Notes under the pieces: generated by a model
What the model was told of the DNA's origin: nothing
The model's database searches: none
What the model saw: only the letters and a program-made list of their open reading frames with translations
Shown: positions 15,779-21,244 of the stretch, piece after piece
Numbering within the stretch: position 1 is the stretch's first letter
Layout of the letters: each line of letters begins with the position of its first letter
From: Spirochaetales bacterium
Lineage (GTDB): Bacteria > Spirochaetota > Spirochaetia > JAFGXN01
Reading direction: 5' to 3'
DNA length: 21,244 nucleotides
NCBI GenBank assembly: GCA_016936615.1
Contig: JAFGXN010000040.1
Location: 1-21,244 of the forward strand
Made by a program: the position numbers and the translations under genes

Positions 15779-16249
15779 GTGAGAGGTGGCTATTTGTTAA
15801 AACGATTTTTTTACTTAGCAGTTCTTTTTGTTCTGGTTAGTTGTGGTTCTTCAACTTTTTATTCTGAAGATATTGAGGGAAGGTGGATTAAATCTAACTT
15901 TTCTAGTGGTCAGCAGATCAGGGAGGATCTTCGCTTTCATGATTTAGTGGAAGAGACTGAGACTGAGATTGTTCTAGACTCGTTGCAGAATGAGATTGAG
16001 AAGCAAATCAAGGTTAAAAAGGGATCTTATACTTGGGACATCTATTTAGACGGGGTCTTGAGTGAAGAATTTTCTACTAAAGGGAGATTTTCTTTTTCTT
16101 CTGAAAAATTTGAGCTTATTTTAACTCCAGAAGGGGAAGGAGCAGAGATTAAGATCTACTCTTTCATGCTCAATAATAAGGGAAAAAGTTTAGATCTTGT
16201 TGTTCTTAACAATGGGAAAGCGTTAGCTAGGAGGTTTTCACGACAATGA
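15779..16249 (+). CDS. Small lipoprotein, lipocalin-like (first gene of lipoprotein operon)
   Basis: Lipobox LVSCGSS. The GTG at 15779 lies inside the RBS AGGTGAGAGGTGG, so TTG at 15794 (MLKRFFYLAVLFVLVSCG) is an equally or more likely start. Mature part begins EDIEGRW.., typical of small lipocalin-like lipoproteins. Confidence 0.7.
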   Translation: MRGGYLLKRFFYLAVLFVLVSCGSSTFYSEDIEGRWIKSNFSSGQQIREDLRFHDLVEETETEIVLDSLQNEIEKQIKVKKGSYTWDIYLDGVLSEEFSTKGRFSFSSEKFELILTPEGEGAEIKIYSFMLNNKGKSLDLVVLNNGKALARRFSRQ

Positions 16250-17859
16250 AGCAAATTATTACCATATTAAGCATTATATTTCTTTTATTTTCTTGTAAGT
16301 ATCTTGATGTTCAAAATTTGAATTTGTCAAATGATGAAGGAGAAAATGAGTCTGTCCTTGTTGGGGTTCTTGCAGACTCTCCTTTGTTACCACCTACAGA
16401 GATTCAGGCTTTTTCTGTTCTGAAGGGAAATATTCTTGATTTTCACTTGTCATGGGATTCTGTTCCTTTTGCCTCTGAGTATGAGATTTGGACAGGTGAG
16501 AGCGAAGCTGGAGAGTTTGAAAAGGTGGGGACCTCTTTGGTGAATAGTTATCTATTTTCAAAAGAGGTTATTCCTACGTTGGTCTCTCATGAGCAGTATT
16601 TTAGGATTGTTGCTTTGAATCGTTCGAAGCTAGCAAGTCCGCTCTCTAAGATTTTTCTTGTATCTTTTTCAAAAGAGGGAGGAAAGGTTGGTTCTGTCGA
16701 TACCTTGTATTCCTCGAAGGGGACAAGTTCTTCTGTCGAGTTGACTTGGGTTCCTGCTGAGAATGCCTATTATTATCGGATTGAGAGGGCGGTTTCTAAG
16801 TCGGGAGAGTTCGAGGTAATTGAGGACTCTTTTATTCCTCTAGATTTCTCTGAGAGTTTGCATCTATTTAAAGATCGAGAGGTTGTTCCAGGTGTTATCT
16901 ATGATTATATTGTCACTCCTTTTGATAGATATGGTTCTGGTGGAAGATCTAGTGGAGTTAGTGTTGGGGGATATGTTCTTCCTAGTGTAGAAAATTTTAA
17001 TGTAAGCTTTGGCTCTTCTCTTCGAGGAAACGCTTCTGGCGATATCTACTCTGTGCTAGATCTTCAATGGGATAGACGTGAGTATCTCGTGGATGCCTTT
17101 GATTCTACTGCTGTGGAGGTTGATGGTTGGAAAATTTTTACCTCCTTAGATCAGAACTCTTCTGGATACTTTGCATTAGAGGATATTTTTCTTAATTCTC
17201 CTCTTATTCCTGCAAATGTTAAGGCTCTTAGGAAATTTGAGCCAACTTTGCCAAATGTTGGAGCTCTTTTGAGTGTTGGGCTTGATGATTATCTACAGGA
17301 TGGTGAGTGTCCTCAGCTTTTTTCGAAGATTTATCAAGATACTCAGACAGGTGTTATTTATCGAAGATATAAATATCGGATTCTTGTTGACTATGTTACC
17401 GATGGTTTTGAAGCGCCTGCGTCGTCATATTACTCTTTTTTCTATTTTAAAGTTAAGGGTGTCTATAATGAAAATTTTCCTGCTATTTATTATGAGACTT
17501 TAGAGTCAAAGGTTAACCGAGGTTTTGCTTGTGATCCAACTGCTCAGAATTTTTCTAAATTGGATTTGGGATTTTCTGCAATCTATAACTCAGCATCTTC
17601 TAATGTCGGGGTCTCTTTTAATCGTGTAGATGGTGTTGGTGGTATTGAGGTTCAAAAATATTTTGTATATCGAAGGATTGCATACGATATTGCTTACAAG
17701 CTGGTGTCTGAAATTGAAGCAGATGGATCTGCTTCTTATCAGTACTCTGATTCAGATTTGGTTCAAGGCTCAAGATATGAGTATGCTGTTCAGGTTCTTG
17801 GTTCTGATGGGAAGTTGTCTCATTATTCTGAACCTGCTTATATAGAGGTGGTGCAATAA
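16246..17859 (+). CDS. Lipoprotein with fibronectin type III-like repeats
   Basis: Signal plus lipobox LLFSC. FN3-like modules (LSWDSVPFASEYEIWTGESEAGEFEKVG.., ELTWVPAENAYYYRIERAVSKSGEFEVI.., YEYAVQVLGSDGKLS). 4-nt ATGA overlap with the upstream gene. Confidence 0.8.
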   Translation: MKQIITILSIIFLLFSCKYLDVQNLNLSNDEGENESVLVGVLADSPLLPPTEIQAFSVLKGNILDFHLSWDSVPFASEYEIWTGESEAGEFEKVGTSLVNSYLFSKEVIPTLVSHEQYFRIVALNRSKLASPLSKIFLVSFSKEGGKVGSVDTLYSSKGTSSSVELTWVPAENAYYYRIERAVSKSGEFEVIEDSFIPLDFSESLHLFKDREVVPGVIYDYIVTPFDRYGSGGRSSGVSVGGYVLPSVENFNVSFGSSLRGNASGDIYSVLDLQWDRREYLVDAFDSTAVEVDGWKIFTSLDQNSSGYFALEDIFLNSPLIPANVKALRKFEPTLPNVGALLSVGLDDYLQDGECPQLFSKIYQDTQTGVIYRRYKYRILVDYVTDGFEAPASSYYSFFYFKVKGVYNENFPAIYYETLESKVNRGFACDPTAQNFSKLDLGFSAIYNSASSNVGVSFNRVDGVGGIEVQKYFVYRRIAYDIAYKLVSEIEADGSASYQYSDSDLVQGSRYEYAVQVLGSDGKLSHYSEPAYIEVVQ

Positions 17860-20708
17860 TGAAAAGAAAAAAATCTTTTACTATTTTAGGAATTTTCGTT
17901 TTTTCTCTGTTTTCTTTGACCTTAAATAATTGTAAGGAGCAATCTCTATTAGATCCAAATATTGCTTATACCCATGATTCAATTGCTCAGAAGATTGAGT
18001 CTCAGGAGTTTTTGCCTATTGATATTGAGGAAGGGGTTGATTCTGATCTCTTTGTTGGGGAGTTAATTCCTGTTCCTCTTAAATTAGAGGTCTCGAAGGG
18101 TGATTCGACATATTTGATTGAGCTTTCTTGGACAAGGGTCAAGTATGGGTCGGAGGATGTTGCTTATCATGTCTATCGCGCTGTTGAGGGCTCTTCTGCT
18201 ATAAGAATTACTGGAGATTCTCCTGTTACAGATTCCCGGTATGAGGAAAATCTCTTGCTCGGAGAGATTGAGTCGGGGGTATCTTACCGCTATATGGTTC
18301 GAGCTGTTGTTCCTCGGATTGTAGATGAGGAAGGATTGGTTTACGCAAGTAAAATTTCGAACGCAGAGGTTGGATTTGTTTTTGACAAGGTTAGGACTTT
18401 GCGAGCAACCCAAAGAGAGTTTGTCGATAGGGTTGAACTGTCGTGGGATCCTGTTCCAAGCGCTGAATATTATACTGTCTATAGAGCGACTGCTGATGAG
18501 AATGGAAATCCTCCAAAGTATGAACAGTCTTATAAACTTATAAGTAATGCTTTGGCTACGCCTGAGTTTTTAGATTATTCTACTGAGAAACAAGGCTCGC
18601 TCTCTTCGCAATATGAATATTTTTATATTGTAAAGGCGCATAAGGGAGAGACTGTCGTGAGTCTTCCCTCTTCTGAGATAAAGGGAAGTATTCTTGCGTT
18701 TGGAGCGCCTTCAAGAGTTGATATTGCAGAAGTAACTTCTGGTGTAATTTCTAATGGAATTAGGATTTTATGGAAGAGTAATGGGGCAGATGAGTATGTT
18801 ATAAATCGAATTTCTAAAGAGGCGTATGCTTCTGGGGATATCTTTGGTGAGTCTCTTCTAGTGAAAGAGGAGTTCTTAGGTACTGTTATATTAGAAATAG
18901 AGGGTAAATCTGAGGAGTTCTTGTATTACTATGATGATTCTGAGGTTTTAAAGAGCGGAGATAATTTTTATTATCGTGTAGCTGGAAAAAATAGTTTGGG
19001 TGTTGGTAAGTTTACAGATTTTTCTAACCCCTCTTCTGTTCAAGGAAGTGCTGTTGCTGATTATGCTGGGGTTGATATCTCTGTTGCCATAAAAAAAGAT
19101 GGATTTCACATTTCGTGGCCGCGATGTAATGGGTCAAATTCATATTTAATCTATAGATCTGAGTCGAATCCAGATTATGGTAGCGCAGATTGGGTCTTTG
19201 TCGGTCAGACAGCTAATCTTTCTTGGCACGATGAGGTTTCAAATTTGCCTAGCGGGTTTGTTCTAGAGTCGGGAGAGCTTTTTTATCAGGTGTTGCCGAT
19301 AAATTCAGATTTTGTCTCTGTTGATGCTGGTTCTGGGGCTATTGATGTGAATACAGATTATTTGGTTTACGGTGGATTGACTATAGCAGATTTAGCAGCA
19401 GAGATTGCTGCAATTTCTGATTTTTCTTCTGACTTTGGATTGGCAGAGATGTCTGACTTTGCTAGTGATTACACTGTTCCGGTTCCTGTCTTCGATGTCG
19501 TTCCAGTTGCTTCGGACGATGATTCTTCTTGCGAGGGGCGAATTCGTTTAACTGGAAAAATTAGTAATGTCGCTGGTTTGCAAAAGCTTAGCGTGAAGGT
19601 TGTTCGAAGATCTTTTTATGGTTACGAGACTGGGGTTCACTCGATGATGGAACCAAGAAAAGGGATTGGTGGTGTAGCTTTTTCCAAAAAAGGAGAGCCG
19701 TTTGTAGAAAGCGTTCAGGTCTTTGATTTGAAACCTTATCTTGACCTTAATTCTGGATCTTTTGAGTTTCTTGATCCAATGTATGCGACTTTAGATGGTC
19801 AGTTGATTCCTGATAGTGATCAGCCAGATGGATATAGAAAGCATGTATGGAATTATGCCGCTTGGGATAATGAGGCTTGGAAATATATAAAAAGACAACT
19901 TCCATTTGATATGAATAAATCTGTAAAGGTCTCTTATGAGTTTAGAATTGAACGGCAGTCTGATGCTACTTGGGGTGCGGTTGCCTCTTCCGATACTGGA
20001 TATCCTGCTTTGACAGATAAAGAGATGGCTCATTTGATTCTTTGGTTAAAAGATGTTGCTATGAATAGAATTTCTTTGATTTTGATTCCTCGTTACGGAT
20101 GGGATAAGACTGTGGCATGGTTGCCTGGTTCTAATCAGCGACTTGCCGGAGAGTATAACAGACATATAGGAGAGAGTTCTTCTGCTTGGTTCTGGGCTAA
20201 GATGCAAGGGCTTGGTGCTTACGGTGAAGGTGGTGTCGAGTGGGGCTACTCTGATTGGCCAGGATTTAAGGGTGGAGCAGTGGATTTCAATAAATCTCCT
20301 AAAAATATCTCTTTAAGTGTCGAATTGACATCAGGAATTAGAAATATCGAGACATATTATGGCTCTGAGACTCCTCTTTACGAAGGATATATCTACTATA
20401 ACATAAATGTTGATTCTTATAATTATCACTGGGGTCTTGGCAATGATCAAGGGACCTTTGATGTATGGCATAAAGGGCGTAAGGTTAGCTTCCCTCCTGC
20501 TGAGATTATTCCACGGGGGAATGATCCAAAGGGTCTAGTCTTTGGTCGTACTGAGTTTGATTCTGGCAGTGATAGATTTCCGAATTCTGATTGGTTTGGA
20601 GATAATTGTATTTTTACAAGGATAAATTTTAAATACCGACCATATCCTGTAAATGAAGATTTTATAAAAGAGAGATATCCAGTTATGTATTACGGATATT
20701 CTTATTAG
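17859..20708 (+). CDS. Large lipoprotein with at least 4 FN3-like repeats and a Trp/Gly/Tyr-rich C-terminal domain
   Basis: Lipobox LNNC. FN3-like repeats (LSWTRVKYGSEDVAYHVYRA, LSWDPVPSAEYYTVYRA, RILWKSNGADEYVINRI, HISWPRCNGSNSYLIYRS). C-terminal about 400 aa rich in W, G and Y. ATGA overlap with the upstream gene. RBS GAGGTGG. Confidence 0.85.
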   Translation: MKRKKSFTILGIFVFSLFSLTLNNCKEQSLLDPNIAYTHDSIAQKIESQEFLPIDIEEGVDSDLFVGELIPVPLKLEVSKGDSTYLIELSWTRVKYGSEDVAYHVYRAVEGSSAIRITGDSPVTDSRYEENLLLGEIESGVSYRYMVRAVVPRIVDEEGLVYASKISNAEVGFVFDKVRTLRATQREFVDRVELSWDPVPSAEYYTVYRATADENGNPPKYEQSYKLISNALATPEFLDYSTEKQGSLSSQYEYFYIVKAHKGETVVSLPSSEIKGSILAFGAPSRVDIAEVTSGVISNGIRILWKSNGADEYVINRISKEAYASGDIFGESLLVKEEFLGTVILEIEGKSEEFLYYYDDSEVLKSGDNFYYRVAGKNSLGVGKFTDFSNPSSVQGSAVADYAGVDISVAIKKDGFHISWPRCNGSNSYLIYRSESNPDYGSADWVFVGQTANLSWHDEVSNLPSGFVLESGELFYQVLPINSDFVSVDAGSGAIDVNTDYLVYGGLTIADLAAEIAAISDFSSDFGLAEMSDFASDYTVPVPVFDVVPVASDDDSSCEGRIRLTGKISNVAGLQKLSVKVVRRSFYGYETGVHSMMEPRKGIGGVAFSKKGEPFVESVQVFDLKPYLDLNSGSFEFLDPMYATLDGQLIPDSDQPDGYRKHVWNYAAWDNEAWKYIKRQLPFDMNKSVKVSYEFRIERQSDATWGAVASSDTGYPALTDKEMAHLILWLKDVAMNRISLILIPRYGWDKTVAWLPGSNQRLAGEYNRHIGESSSAWFWAKMQGLGAYGEGGVEWGYSDWPGFKGGAVDFNKSPKNISLSVELTSGIRNIETYYGSETPLYEGYIYYNINVDSYNYHWGLGNDQGTFDVWHKGRKVSFPPAEIIPRGNDPKGLVFGRTEFDSGSDRFPNSDWFGDNCIFTRINFKYRPYPVNEDFIKERYPVMYYGYSY

Positions 20709-20716
20709 GAGATTTT

Positions 20717-21151
20717 ATGAAGAAAATAGTTAAGTTAGCAAGTTTGTTGTTTATGTTGCAGATATTTTCTTGTGGGTTTGTCGATCAAGCAAGAGGTCTT
20801 GAAGGATCTTGGGGGCTAGATGGTAATGACGGCTACAGAGAAGAGATAACATTTTCTGAAGAGGGGAAATTTGTGTGGAAGCAGTTTCAGAATGATTACT
20901 TGGTGTTTCAAAGAGAGGGTAGCTTTGAGATAGATTCTACTATTGCCTCTATGCCGACAAATATGACAATGCCAAGTGGCAAGGTAAAGCAGGTTCCTGT
21001 AAATTATTCTCTCTCTATGGTCTCTCTTAAATTTTTGAAATCTAGTGAGCAAGAGGAAACTTATACTTTCCAATTTGTTATTGCTGGTGAAGCCTTGTAT
21101 CTAATTGAAAATACAACAACACAGTATATTCGAATAGGAGGAGAAGAATGA
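20717..21151 (+). CDS. Small lipoprotein, lipocalin-like (paralog-like of the 15779 gene)
   Basis: Lipobox IFSCG. Mature part begins LEGSWGLDG.. (compare EGRW in the first gene). RBS AGGAG. Overlaps the next gene by ATGA. Confidence 0.75.
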   Translation: MKKIVKLASLLFMLQIFSCGFVDQARGLEGSWGLDGNDGYREEITFSEEGKFVWKQFQNDYLVFQREGSFEIDSTIASMPTNMTMPSGKVKQVPVNYSLSMVSLKFLKSSEQEETYTFQFVIAGEALYLIENTTTQYIRIGGEE

Positions 21152-21244
21152 AAAAAGTACTTTATTTTTGTTTTGTACTGTCACTTGTGGCATGTGTGAA
21201 ATTTTCAATTGAAGATAACGAGCCTCCAGTAGTTGTCCTAGCTG
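21148..21244 (+). CDS. Lipoprotein, 5' partial (continues beyond window)
   Basis: AGGAGGAGAAGA-ATG; MKKVLYFCFVLSLVACVKF with lipobox LVAC. Truncated by the window end. Confidence 0.55.
   Translation, partial: MKKVLYFCFVLSLVACVKFSIEDNEPPVVVLA

Noticed and set aside
17273-17845. Two alternate-frame + strand ORFs (76 and 71 aa) within the FN3 lipoprotein gene
   Set aside because: Leu/Ile-rich frame-shifted artefacts inside a CDS with clear FN3 periodicity.
1-21244. CRISPR arrays, IS elements, integrases, phage genes
   Set aside because: No regularly spaced direct repeats. No transposase, integrase or recombinase-like ORF on either strand.

Overview
The window is low-GC (about 37-40%) and almost entirely coding on the + strand. 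Lipoprotein lipoboxes such as FSC, VSC and NNC, many fibronectin-III (FN3)-like lipoproteins, a multi-PAS hybrid histidine kinase (HK) and GGAGG-type ribosome-binding sites (RBS) point to a spirochete, probably Leptospira; this is inference, not searched.

Genes 244-11048, left to right:
- A 1173-aa hybrid sensor kinase (3 PAS, GAF, HisKA, HATPase, REC, Hpt).
- A convergent low-molecular-weight protein tyrosine phosphatase (LMW-PTP) on the minus strand, whose stop codon overlaps the kinase stop.
- A small DUF4345-like membrane protein.
- A monocistronic Gly/Arg-rich (RGG-repeat) DUF5320-like protein with its own promoter and terminator.
- A 68-72-aa protein plus flotillin/SPFH operon.
- A short-chain dehydrogenase/reductase (SDR) oxidoreductase.
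- A secreted lipoprotein with a parallel beta-helix (Pectate_lyase_3-like) glycosidase-type domain.
- A minus-strand PpnP/YaiE nucleoside phosphorylase.
- A polytopic membrane protein fused to a LuxR-type helix-turn-helix (HTH).

The second half (11128-21244) is a dense block of exported-protein genes:
- A lipoprotein esterase translationally coupled to a small outer-membrane (OM) beta-barrel.
- An 800-aa secreted protein with no recognisable domain (ORFan).
- An isolated Cys-rich mini-protein.
- A translationally coupled operon of at least 5 lipoprotein genes: two small lipocalin-like lipoproteins bracketing two multi-FN3 lipoproteins (537 aa and 949 aa), then a further partial lipoprotein at the window edge.

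I saw no rRNA, tRNA, CRISPR array, transposase or integrase.

Non-coding signals worth a second look:
- A hairpin-to-RBS cassette (AGACTGC...GCAGTCT, T-run, AGGTGAGAGGT) repeated upstream of two unrelated genes.
- A G10 homopolymer inside a terminator stem.
- Several clean rho-independent terminators.
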